Source: an uncultured Gammaproteobacteria bacterium
GTDB taxonomy: Bacteria > Patescibacteriota > Microgenomatia > Levybacterales > GWA1-39-11
Length of the DNA: 64,000 nucleotides
Direction: 5' to 3'
NCBI GenBank assembly: GCA_964427615.1
Contig: CAYRUR010000001.1
Location: 119,303-183,302 of the forward strand
Notes under the pieces: model-generated
Told to the model about the DNA's origin: nothing
The model's input: only the letters and a program-made list of their open reading frames with translations
Database searches by the model: none
Translations under genes and position numbers: made by a program
Shown: positions 18,461 through 26,258 of the stretch, one piece after another
How positions within the stretch are numbered: the stretch's first letter is position 1
Layout of the letters: each line of letters begins with the position of its first letter

Positions 18461-18836
18461 GATCTTTTCCTCCAGTCAATTCGGACATACTTACATTGGC
18501 TACCTCCAAATGGATAGCACTCTAAACACAATAATAATTTGTGCTCAAGGTGCTACCCATTTAAGGTTTAATACTTTCCGTAAACTATCAAAGTGCAAGT
18601 AATTATAGATACAAATGAAGTAAGAAACAGACAGCAGTATGAGTCTATTCACACTTCAAATGTAAGTACGAAGTATAGCACAGAAGGCACAAAATATCAA
18701 TATTATAGGATTATGTTTTGGTATTTTTACATTGAAGGAGGTTTTTAGACACTTTCAGAAAGAGTGTGTTTTAAAGCTTGTTTCATTTGTCTTCTTCCGA
18801 ATCCATTTTTTAAAATACTTCACAAAAGTGAGGTTG

Positions 18837-19073
18837 TTATATCAGCCGTTTGTTACGAAATGCAAAGCCAGAACCTGTTTTTAAGTAGTTTTCAAATGAA
18901 AGTGCTTTCTTTTTAGTAGAAAATGCAGCGTAAAAAATGAGAGTAATAGGACGAAGGTTTTTAGTTGATTCTACTTTACCATTTTCGTGAGCCAAAATTC
19001 GTTGTTTCAGGTTATCTGAAAAGCCATGATAGTAAAAATTATCACTTAGTTTGAGAATGTACACATAGTACAT
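18837..19073 (-). CDS. GIY-YIG nuclease-family small protein (UPF0213/YhbQ-like)
   Basis: MYYVYILKLSDNFYYHGFSDNLKQRILAHENG matches the GIY-YIG signature (YxVYIL...G.YYxG.T.NL.RR...H). Length 78 aa. Confidence 0.75.
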   Translation of the reverse strand: MYYVYILKLSDNFYYHGFSDNLKQRILAHENGKVESTKNLRPITLIFYAAFSTKKKALSFENYLKTGSGFAFRNKRLI

Positions 19074-19238
19074 ATGTTTATTGTATAGTAAGTCCCACTA
19101 CACTTCCACTTCCGCTAAAGCTCCAGTGGACAAGAAAGTTTCGTGGGACACACTTCGCAGAGGCCAATTGAGGGAGTAGTGGAATATTGAGTGGCTGTGC
19201 CACACGAAGCTCTGTACTGTAAAGTACGGAGCGAAGTG

Positions 19239-19646
19239 TGGAGATGGGGAGGAGTGACCTCCCGTCCAAAAAATACAAATCACAACGTCTACAAGCATAG
19301 TCAGTTTTTAAGTGTCGTCATATCCTTATCCAACTGACAGGAAAAAATATGACCAAGGCTTTTTAAGAGCACAAAAGACAAGCCAAATCTTTTGCTCTTT
19401 CCTCACCTGGGTTATTGCCTATAAGGAAGCGATGAGGGACTCATCTTATAGACAGCTCGCATTAAGCTGCGAATGCAAAAGCGGGAGTTACCCCAACTTT
19501 TGGCATGGCATCAGCAAAAACTTGCCTGATACCGCGGCTGATGGATTTACCTTCAGCATGTATTATTTGATCCTGTTTTATGACGCATGAATCAACGTCA
19601 GCTTGCTGTTGTAAAAGTGCATTTCCTGTCGAATCAATTCATCCCC
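19239..19646 (-). ncRNA. ssrA: tmRNA (SsrA)
   Basis: Read on the minus strand, the 5' end GGGGAUGAAUUGAUUCGACAGGAAAUGC matches the tmRNA consensus GGGG.UGA.U.GGAUUCGAC.GG. The 3' end GGACGGGAGGUCACUCCUCCCCAUCUCCACA forms a T-arm and an acceptor stem. The acceptor 5'-GGGGAUG pairs with 3'-CAUCUCC, giving the G3:U70 Ala identity pair. An internal tag-like frame ends ...PAFAFAA-TAA and is followed by a hairpin. The gene abuts smpB. Confidence 0.7.
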
Positions 19647-20106
19647 GTCGTGAAAATCGCTTCAGCTCTTCTTGTGCTTCTCTGTCCAAATCTCTTTGTC
19701 TTAACTCTTTTTTGCGTTCAAATTTCTTTTTTCCTTTGACTAAGGCAATTTCAAGCTTGATTAAGACTCCCGTAGTATAAAGGGCGGTAGGGATGATTGT
19801 CAAGTTACCCTGATCCATTTTTGATTTTAGGGCAAGAATTTGTTTTTTATGCAGTAACAGTTTGCGAGTTCTGCCTTCATCATATCCATCGGTGCGAGCG
19901 AATTGGTATGGATAAATTTTAGCATTCACCAAATGTGCTTCTGAATTCATAATTCGCACATACGATGCAGAGAGATCAGCATGGCCTAGTTTTACTGCTT
20001 TTACTTCTTGTCCGGTCAGCGCAATACCTGCTTCTAATTTTTCTAAAATAGTAAATTCTGCTGGTGCTTTTTTATTTACAATTCTCATATGCCCCTTTGC
20101 TTTCAA
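19639..20106 (-). CDS. smpB: SsrA-binding protein SmpB
   Basis: 155 aa; EAGIALTGQEVKAVKLGHADLSASYVRI...LLLHKKQILALKSK is a typical SmpB core. Its last codons overlap the tmRNA 5' end. Confidence 0.9.
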   Translation of the reverse strand: MKAKGHMRIVNKKAPAEFTILEKLEAGIALTGQEVKAVKLGHADLSASYVRIMNSEAHLVNAKIYPYQFARTDGYDEGRTRKLLLHKKQILALKSKMDQGNLTIIPTALYTTGVLIKLEIALVKGKKKFERKKELRQRDLDREAQEELKRFSRRG

Positions 20107-20332
20107 AGTTTAAATACATAATACCAAACGGAGCTTTGTATGGGTAGTATTGTGAGCTTGTAATGTCAGTGCTGCTTTCGTTTTGAAAGCTACGGTAGGC
20201 ATATACAAATTTGTAATACAAAGCAGAGTGATATAAGTAGGTGTATTGTAGCGCAAATAGGGTAAAATGTGAAAGAGTACAAGTTACGACAAAAAAGAAT
20301 TGTTTGTAAGCCTTACATTACTTACACCATTT

Positions 20333-20368
20333 CCTCTCCCTTTCTAAGGGAGAGGATGAAGGTGAGGG
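20333..20368 (+). repeat. Left imperfect terminal inverted repeat flanking the DUF559 gene
   Basis: cctctccctttctaagggagaggatgaaggtgaggg matches the reverse complement of 20735-20771 (ccttctccctttttaagggagaaggtagggatgaggg) at about 31 of 36 positions. Each copy also contains its own hairpin. Confidence 0.6.
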
Positions 20369-20380
20369 TTGATACATACG

Positions 20381-20776
20381 ATGCCAAACCGTAGAAATGA
20401 GGAAAACATACCTGTTGCCAAGAAGCTGAGAAGGAACCAAACTAACTCTGAAAAATTATTATGGTCTTATTTAAGAAATAGGAATATTGATGGGGTAAAA
20501 TTTAGACGACAGTATCCAATAGGAGTGTATGTTCTTGATTTTGTAAGCATTGAAAAGAAACTTGTGGTAGAAATTGATGGAGGACAACACAATGAACAAG
20601 ATCATAAGGAGTATGATGATATACGTTCATCTTGGTTACAACAAGAAGGGTTTCGAGTATTGAGGTTTTGGAATAATGAAATTTTAGAAAATAGTGAAGG
20701 AGTGGTTTTCAAAATAAGAGAAGAATTAGGTAAACCCTCATCCCTACCTTCTCCCTTAAAAAGGGAGAAGGAGTAA
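20381..20776 (+). CDS. DUF559 (Vsr/restriction-endonuclease-like fold) domain protein
   Basis: LRRNQTNSEKLLWSYLRNRNIDGVKFRRQYPIGVYVLDFVSIEKKLVVEIDGGQHN...FRVLRFWNNEI is the characteristic DUF559 pattern. An alternative TTG start lies at 20369. Confidence 0.8.
   Translation: MPNRRNEENIPVAKKLRRNQTNSEKLLWSYLRNRNIDGVKFRRQYPIGVYVLDFVSIEKKLVVEIDGGQHNEQDHKEYDDIRSSWLQQEGFRVLRFWNNEILENSEGVVFKIREELGKPSSLPSPLKREKE
20735..20771 (+). repeat. Right imperfect terminal inverted repeat (lies inside the last 13 codons of the DUF559 ORF)
   Basis: See left repeat. The sequence ccctcatccctaccttctcccttaaaaagggagaagg encodes PSSLPSPLKREKE. Confidence 0.6.
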
Positions 20777-20858
20777 ATTAAGACAGCTTTTCTTAAAAGG
20801 GAAAGAGACGCTACTTGGGAGAAAATATTTTAGGCAGAGTTCTGGTAGGAGTTTTCGT

Positions 20859-22712
20859 TTAGAGTGAAAAAGTATAAATTTTGGAGTTGCTTACAACATA
20901 TAACGTGTGATTTGGTTCATCTACTGCAAATGAGGTGGCATTTTTAAAAATATCTGAAGTATATTGTTTGGCAAACGAACCACTTTTTTGGATAGATACC
21001 ATTCGTTTTCCAGAGGGGTCAAGTACATAAAGATTTGCATAATCAACATCGGTGTAAATACTGCTTCCTTTGCCAATAGAGGTGGGAAGCCCTTGTATAG
21101 AGAAAGCATCTTTGCTGCCTCGTGTATATTTTTGAATACTTCCATCATCTAAAAGAACCCAGACAGAGGCATCAATACTAAATGATACGGGATTTTTAGA
21201 AAAATCAGGTTCTTGGCTAAAATAATCAGTGTCATTATATGCTTCAGGAATAAATTTTTTAATAGTATTTTGGCGCGTATCCAGCACGTAAATGTTATTT
21301 CCAAAGGTACTAATACTTTTTGGAGCTTGTAGGTCTTCTATAATTGTTTCGTTTTCTTTTTCATTCTTTTCTTGTTTGATAACAGAGTCATTAGTAAGCA
21401 TGTAAAAATAGTCTTCATCTGCACTAATATCTACCACCCGTGTTGATTCACCTTCAAAAAATTGTTCTATTTCTCCGCTTTTAGAAAGTAAAACAGCAGA
21501 AGTATTATTTGTTCCTGTGGCAATAATACTGCCCCCTTTAATAGTAATATGCCCAACTTGTTTTATTTTTTCCTGAGATGGATCAAAAAAGAGTTTTTCT
21601 CCTCCCAGTTGTTCTCCTCCTCCTAGTTTTTGAATCTCAGCATTTACTTTTTCAAGGAGGGTATCTAATTGTTCTCGTTCAGGAGTGCCTTGAGGGAATT
21701 TGTCCTGTTCTGCAAGGAGTATTTTTTTGGCTTCATACAGTGTTTCAAGAGCAAGTGGTTTATTTAAAGATGCAAGCGCTATTGCTTCATCCAACTGTTG
21801 CTGGGTAGGTGCAAGAATATGGGCAAACTCTTCTTGTAACTGTTTTTTTTCTTTATTCATGTTTTCATGTATAATTCCGCCTATTAATATACTTAAAAGA
21901 ACAGCGATACCAATACCAATAAGCACATTTTTTTTCAAAAGCACCTCTTTTTTTGGTATATGAAGGTTTTTGATAAAAGAAGAAAGAGTAGCAGGATGAG
22001 GTATGCGCTCTTTAAGGGTGGTGATAAAAGATGGTTTTAGGGCTTCTGGTTTTTCTTGTTTTTGCTCTTCGTCTTTTTCTACTTCTTCGAAAGTTTCCTC
22101 ATCTGCTAAATAGCTTGCATCGTGGCTTTGAATTTGCAGGACTATAGCTGCTTCTGTGCCTTGTGGTTCTGTACTGATAAGCGGAGCAAGTGTTTCTGCA
22201 ATATCCAGGATGTTGATAGTTTTGGTAAAGGTTTGATAGAGGGAGGGATCTATCTTCTGGGCAAAGCCTGGCGTTTGCAGAAAAAGCATATCGTTGTGAC
22301 GTAGCTCTCCTGAAAAGCCAGTAATGCTTTGTGGTTCTGCTTCTGCAATAATTCCAATAGTCTCATCTCTTTTTAAGAGTACTTTTCCGGCTGATGAGAT
22401 AATAATATAAGCAACTCCTTCAATGATCGTTACCAAAACAAGTGAGTGCTCTATTTCAGCAGGGATAATAGATACAGTATTTTCTACTGCTTGTTTTATG
22501 GTAGATAGATTTTTTTCGTCAATTGCAAAGTATTCTCGTTGTAGTTTTTCAAGGACTTCTTTTCCTAAAGTAGTGGGTTGGATATCTGATTCACCCTGTT
22601 TTTTAAGGCTGACTACAACAAACACATGTAACGTGGAAAAAGCCTGCGCCCAGGTTTTTTCTGTTGTATTTGAAACGAGTTTTTCGTGAACAATAGTATA
22701 GTTTTGGTTCAT
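20859..22712 (-). CDS. Hypothetical bitopic membrane protein with a C-terminal beta-propeller-like repeat region
   Basis: One central transmembrane helix (VLIGIGIAVLLSILIGGII), a coiled-coil segment, and repeated YVLD / YMLTND / YVVSN beta-strand motifs. Unknown family. Confidence 0.5.
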   Translation of the reverse strand: MNQNYTIVHEKLVSNTTEKTWAQAFSTLHVFVVVSLKKQGESDIQPTTLGKEVLEKLQREYFAIDEKNLSTIKQAVENTVSIIPAEIEHSLVLVTIIEGVAYIIISSAGKVLLKRDETIGIIAEAEPQSITGFSGELRHNDMLFLQTPGFAQKIDPSLYQTFTKTINILDIAETLAPLISTEPQGTEAAIVLQIQSHDASYLADEETFEEVEKDEEQKQEKPEALKPSFITTLKERIPHPATLSSFIKNLHIPKKEVLLKKNVLIGIGIAVLLSILIGGIIHENMNKEKKQLQEEFAHILAPTQQQLDEAIALASLNKPLALETLYEAKKILLAEQDKFPQGTPEREQLDTLLEKVNAEIQKLGGGEQLGGEKLFFDPSQEKIKQVGHITIKGGSIIATGTNNTSAVLLSKSGEIEQFFEGESTRVVDISADEDYFYMLTNDSVIKQEKNEKENETIIEDLQAPKSISTFGNNIYVLDTRQNTIKKFIPEAYNDTDYFSQEPDFSKNPVSFSIDASVWVLLDDGSIQKYTRGSKDAFSIQGLPTSIGKGSSIYTDVDYANLYVLDPSGKRMVSIQKSGSFAKQYTSDIFKNATSFAVDEPNHTLYVVSNSKIYTFSL

Positions 22713-22948
22713 AGAAATAGCACAATACCAAATAAAAGTAGTATAGAAAGTATGGCGTGGACATGGGCAAAGGTAGCAAAGATAGGAGAAAAAGAAACTT
22801 GGTCAATGATGCGCGAAAGCGTACGGATTTGATTTGCTAAAATCAGAGCAAATAGAGTGTAGAGAAGCAGTAATACAATAAGCGCAATCTTAAATAAGAA
22901 ATCTTGGTTGAGTGAAAGGGAAAGTAATTGAAAGAATTCTTCGTTCAT
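22709..22948 (-). CDS. Small two-helix membrane protein
   Basis: 79 aa, hydrophobic. Overlaps the downstream gene by 4 nt, suggesting an operon. Confidence 0.35.
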   Translation of the reverse strand: MNEEFFQLLSLSLNQDFLFKIALIVLLLLYTLFALILANQIRTLSRIIDQVSFSPIFATFAHVHAILSILLLFGIVLFL

Positions 22949-22957
22949 ATATACTAA

Positions 22958-23617
22958 TTATATTATAAGGTTTGTGATAATTCTGGCAACTCGAGCAGGT
23001 TGCGGAATTCTATCAAATTCAACATTTACATGCGGCCCAGCGGTTTGGATAGAGACTGAGCCTAGTCCAAAGATAGCATGTAAGCCACCCACTTGTTTGT
23101 AACTAACGTCTTCTATTAGATTCAGTTTTGTCTCTGCAATATCACGTACTAAAATCCCATTCAAGTCTACATCAATAGCACGTTTGTTAGTAATAAGTCC
23201 TACATGAAAGTACCAGAGGGTAAAATTAAGTAGGATAAATCCAGATACGATCAAATAATAAAAAAGTAAAAAGGCAGTAGTCGTAGTAGAGGAAGGGTTA
23301 AAGAATGGAAAGACAGAAAGAAGAGAGGGTAAAAAGAAAGGAACCAAAACCATCACAAATGCACCCAAAATCCAGGTGAGGTTAGTAATAAATCCTCTTC
23401 TGATAAGCAAGATTATCTCTTCATCTTCCTCCTGATATTGGTAATGGACTCCTTTGGGACGGGCAACTAAAGAGCTGTAAAAATGGGGAGAGTGGGGAGT
23501 TGTGATATCAAGATCTTCTACCTCAGTAGTTTTCTTTTTTCCAGAAGTTGTAGAATGAGATTTGGTATCTGATAAATGAAATTCTCCTTTCAGTGGTGAG
23601 TGCGTATCTTTTTCCAT
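22958..23617 (-). CDS. Membrane protein with a bacterial PH (bPH_2/DUF304, YdbT-like) domain
   Basis: Two adjacent transmembrane helices followed by TNKRAIDVDLNGILVRDIAETKLNLIEDVSYKQVGGLHAIFGLGSVSIQTAG, a typical bPH_2 fold pattern. Confidence 0.55.
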   Translation of the reverse strand: MEKDTHSPLKGEFHLSDTKSHSTTSGKKKTTEVEDLDITTPHSPHFYSSLVARPKGVHYQYQEEDEEIILLIRRGFITNLTWILGAFVMVLVPFFLPSLLSVFPFFNPSSTTTTAFLLFYYLIVSGFILLNFTLWYFHVGLITNKRAIDVDLNGILVRDIAETKLNLIEDVSYKQVGGLHAIFGLGSVSIQTAGPHVNVEFDRIPQPARVARIITNLII

Positions 23618-23634
23618 ACAACGTATAAATGTGA

Positions 23635-25365
23635 TTATTTGTGTTCTATATTAAAGAATGCCCAGCCACCTTCACAGGTGCTTTGTGGGATACGAATATA
23701 TCCAGGTGCTCTAAGGCAAACTGCCCTTTTGAATTCGAGACCAGTCATGCTGATATTATTGATTATAACCCGGTTTGTAGTATTATTTCCTTGTTCGATT
23801 TTCACACTTGTTGCTGAGCTTATCCCTCCATGAGTGCTTACGAGATTTCTTAACTCTTCCATGCTATACGGGTTTTTTTCTGGCCAGCAGGAAGTAGTAA
23901 CTGGAGCAATTCTTGAAGTATCAATACCTCCTACCTTGAGAGCAATTGCAGCATTAGCAATATCTGCCATTTCTTCAGGAGAAAGCCATGGATTTGTACG
24001 CCCACAGGTATCACCATACTTGCTTGTACCATTTCTCCACCAAGCTTTATATCCCCATGGAGATCCTGCTGTTTTTTCATACGTCTTATCCATGAAATTT
24101 TCTCCGCGTTGACCATCTGTAGTATCCCAGCCTGATGTATTTAGCCAACCTCCTGTTATGGCTGAATATTGTCTATTATTTATACCTCCTGTCATAATCA
24201 TTCCCTCAGTTTCTTTTACCGCTTGTTTCCATGTGTCAGTATTTTCTTCAAGTTTTACTTCTTGACAGTCTTGATTTGGGCAGACAGTAGATTTACCGTA
24301 TGCATAACTCCTTGCAGCAATTGCTTGCACCTTCAATACTTCTAATGGCCATGATCCAGGCATTTCGTAAATATGTTTTAAATAGTCTTCAAGTTGATAT
24401 GATACGTTGTTGAAATTTTGTCCGTATGTATTTGTTCCATTAACTGTAATAGTTTGATTAGTATCTACCTTGGTAATTTCTACACCAGGATAATAGTGTT
24501 TTAATATTTGCTCTGCTGATTGTCCTTGTTGGACTCTTCCGAGTGCTCCGTATTGGCTCATACCATTTCTATGTGTATATGCGCCTATAGAGAATATTGC
24601 AAAATATCCACTAGGGGCAGTATCTTGAAAACCTTTCAGAGAAGATAGGTATTCATCAGCTAATTCACCACTGCCTATACTAATAGTAAAGTTCCCACTT
24701 CTAGCAGACATGATTTGTTTTTGTTTTGCACTCAATTCTGCAATTTGACTGGAGACTGAGGCTTGATAATTTTTTGCACCAGCTACAACTTCTTCAATCT
24801 TTTGTCTTTCTGCAGCAAGTCTTGTTTTTACACTGCTGAGTCTTTTTTCCTCGCTTTCCAATGTTTTTTTTCGTTGTTCTAAGTCTGCAATTTTGATAGC
24901 TGTGTTGGTGATAATTGCTTTATTTATATCTGCTTTTTGTTTTTGAAATGTTATGGCCTGTATTAGCTCTGAGGCACTGGCACTTGAGAGAAAGATAAGA
25001 ATGGGTGGAAAACTTGCGTTTTGCATGTAGTACTCTCTGCTTGCTCTACTGAAAAGATCTCTTTGTTTTTCAAAATCTTTATATCCTTCTTCGATGTCTT
25101 TTTTCTTACGTACGATATCATTTTCTATAAATGCAATTTGGTTTTCAATGCCTGCGATTTGTTTCTTCATACTTGCGATTTGTGACTCAAGTGGAGTAGT
25201 GGCTTTTTTTGATGCCTCCAGTGCTTGTTGTAGCTCGCTTAATTTCCGATTAATATCATCCAATTCATCAGAGTAAGCAGAAGGCACAGAAGTAGTAAGA
25301 GTGAAAATGACAATAGCAAAGAGTCCACAGGAGAGCAGGAGCAGCTTTTTCATAGGTAGCAACAT
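23635..25365 (-). CDS. Secreted coiled-coil protein with a SpoIID/LytB-like domain (putative peptidoglycan-remodelling lytic factor)
   Basis: Signal peptide; a ~230-aa heptad-rich coiled coil; then GYFAIFSIGAYTHRNGMSQYGALGRVQQGQSAEQILKHYYPGVEI, which matches the SpoIID motif (G.SQ.GA...A..G..Y..IL..YY.G). Confidence 0.6.
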   Translation of the reverse strand: MLLPMKKLLLLSCGLFAIVIFTLTTSVPSAYSDELDDINRKLSELQQALEASKKATTPLESQIASMKKQIAGIENQIAFIENDIVRKKKDIEEGYKDFEKQRDLFSRASREYYMQNASFPPILIFLSSASASELIQAITFQKQKADINKAIITNTAIKIADLEQRKKTLESEEKRLSSVKTRLAAERQKIEEVVAGAKNYQASVSSQIAELSAKQKQIMSARSGNFTISIGSGELADEYLSSLKGFQDTAPSGYFAIFSIGAYTHRNGMSQYGALGRVQQGQSAEQILKHYYPGVEITKVDTNQTITVNGTNTYGQNFNNVSYQLEDYLKHIYEMPGSWPLEVLKVQAIAARSYAYGKSTVCPNQDCQEVKLEENTDTWKQAVKETEGMIMTGGINNRQYSAITGGWLNTSGWDTTDGQRGENFMDKTYEKTAGSPWGYKAWWRNGTSKYGDTCGRTNPWLSPEEMADIANAAIALKVGGIDTSRIAPVTTSCWPEKNPYSMEELRNLVSTHGGISSATSVKIEQGNNTTNRVIINNISMTGLEFKRAVCLRAPGYIRIPQSTCEGGWAFFNIEHK

Positions 25366-25397
25366 TATAGCAGAAGGAGAAAATTATGCCAAAAGAT

Positions 25398-26105
25398 TTA
25401 CTTCTGTATTTCTTTTACGTTTTTATATACCAGGTACATAAAAATAATACCCAGAGGAGTGATAATCAGACTTACGAGGGAATCCAAAATAGTGAGAACA
25501 ATCATATCTCTAATACCAAAGATAGTAGATAGAATACCAAGTACTAAATAAGTCCCTATGAAGAAGAAAACAAGAAAAACTATTTTGCCAAAGACTGCAA
25601 ACCAAAGACCGGTAACATACTGTTTGCTTTTCTTAAACGATTCAACAATACCTGTATTTTCAAATACTAAAGTGTATGTTGCCAGACTGAACCACACCAA
25701 CAAAATGATGCCCGGAATAATCAACAGTAAAAATCCTCCAAAGACAGCAAGTCCAGCAAGCAGCAGGACAGCAAAGTAAGGAAGTATTTTATTGGGAGTT
25801 TTTTTATAAGCTTCAGAAATGGTAAGTGTTTTGGATGGTATAGCATAGAGCGTAGCAATGCTAGAGGCAATGGTAGCTACCAAATACAAAAGACTCAATG
25901 GCAGAATAAGGAAATCAATAGAGTCTATGGTATTTGTCATATTATTTCTGTCCGGGGTTATCAAAGCGATAATGATATTTAAAATAACGGGGATTGCAGT
26001 AATACCAATAAAAAGTTGATATTTTTCTTTGAAAATGTTTACTGTTTTATCAAAAAGGTCAAATGAACTTGGAAGTTGTTTGGAATGAGAATTGTCAGAT
26101 GCCAC
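25398..26105 (-). CDS. Small polytopic membrane protein of unknown function
   Basis: At least 5 transmembrane helices. The track ORF extends to 26219, but its first ~38 codons merely read through the tRNA gene. The real start is probably a GTG/TTG or Met nearer 26100 or below. Confidence 0.45.
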   Translation of the reverse strand: MASDNSHSKQLPSSFDLFDKTVNIFKEKYQLFIGITAIPVILNIIIALITPDRNNMTNTIDSIDFLILPLSLLYLVATIASSIATLYAIPSKTLTISEAYKKTPNKILPYFAVLLLAGLAVFGGFLLLIIPGIILLVWFSLATYTLVFENTGIVESFKKSKQYVTGLWFAVFGKIVFLVFFFIGTYLVLGILSTIFGIRDMIVLTILDSLVSLIITPLGIIFMYLVYKNVKEIQK

Positions 26106-26142
26106 AACTTTAGTAAACCAGGAATTACCGAGAGTGTCAAGT

Positions 26143-26215
26143 GTGCGCCCGGATGGATTCGAACCATCGACATCTACTTTATAAGAGTAGCGCTCTGCCC
26201 CTGAGCTACGGGCGC
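26143..26215 (-). tRNA. tRNA with anticodon UAU (Ile, AUA-decoding), CCA not encoded
   Basis: Minus strand GCGCCCG-UA-GCUC-AGGGGCA-GAGC-G-CUACU-CUUAUAA-AGUAG-AUGUC-GAUGG-UUCGAAU-CCAUC-CGGGCGC-A. Perfect 7-bp acceptor, U8, GG in the D-loop, U33 and A37, and a TUCGAAU T-loop. Confidence 0.6.
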
Positions 26216-26258
26216 CCAACGTGGGGATATTATATCAAATAACGTAGGCAAAAAAACG

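Noticed and set aside
19080-19238. A separate ncRNA gene (RNase P, 6S or SRP RNA) in the structured region below the tmRNA
   Set aside because: No RNase P (GGAAAGUCCGGGC), SRP (GGAAGCAGCC) or 6S central-bubble signature was found. The region is better explained as the tmRNA 3' trailer or GIY-YIG leader structure, and is reported as a finding rather than a gene.
25398-26219. Full 273-aa extent of the membrane-protein ORF
   Set aside because: The N-terminal ~38 codons (MGARSSGAERYSYKVDVDGSNPSGRTLDTLG...) are a read-through of the tRNA(UAU) gene. Only the portion downstream of ~26105 is retained as CDS.
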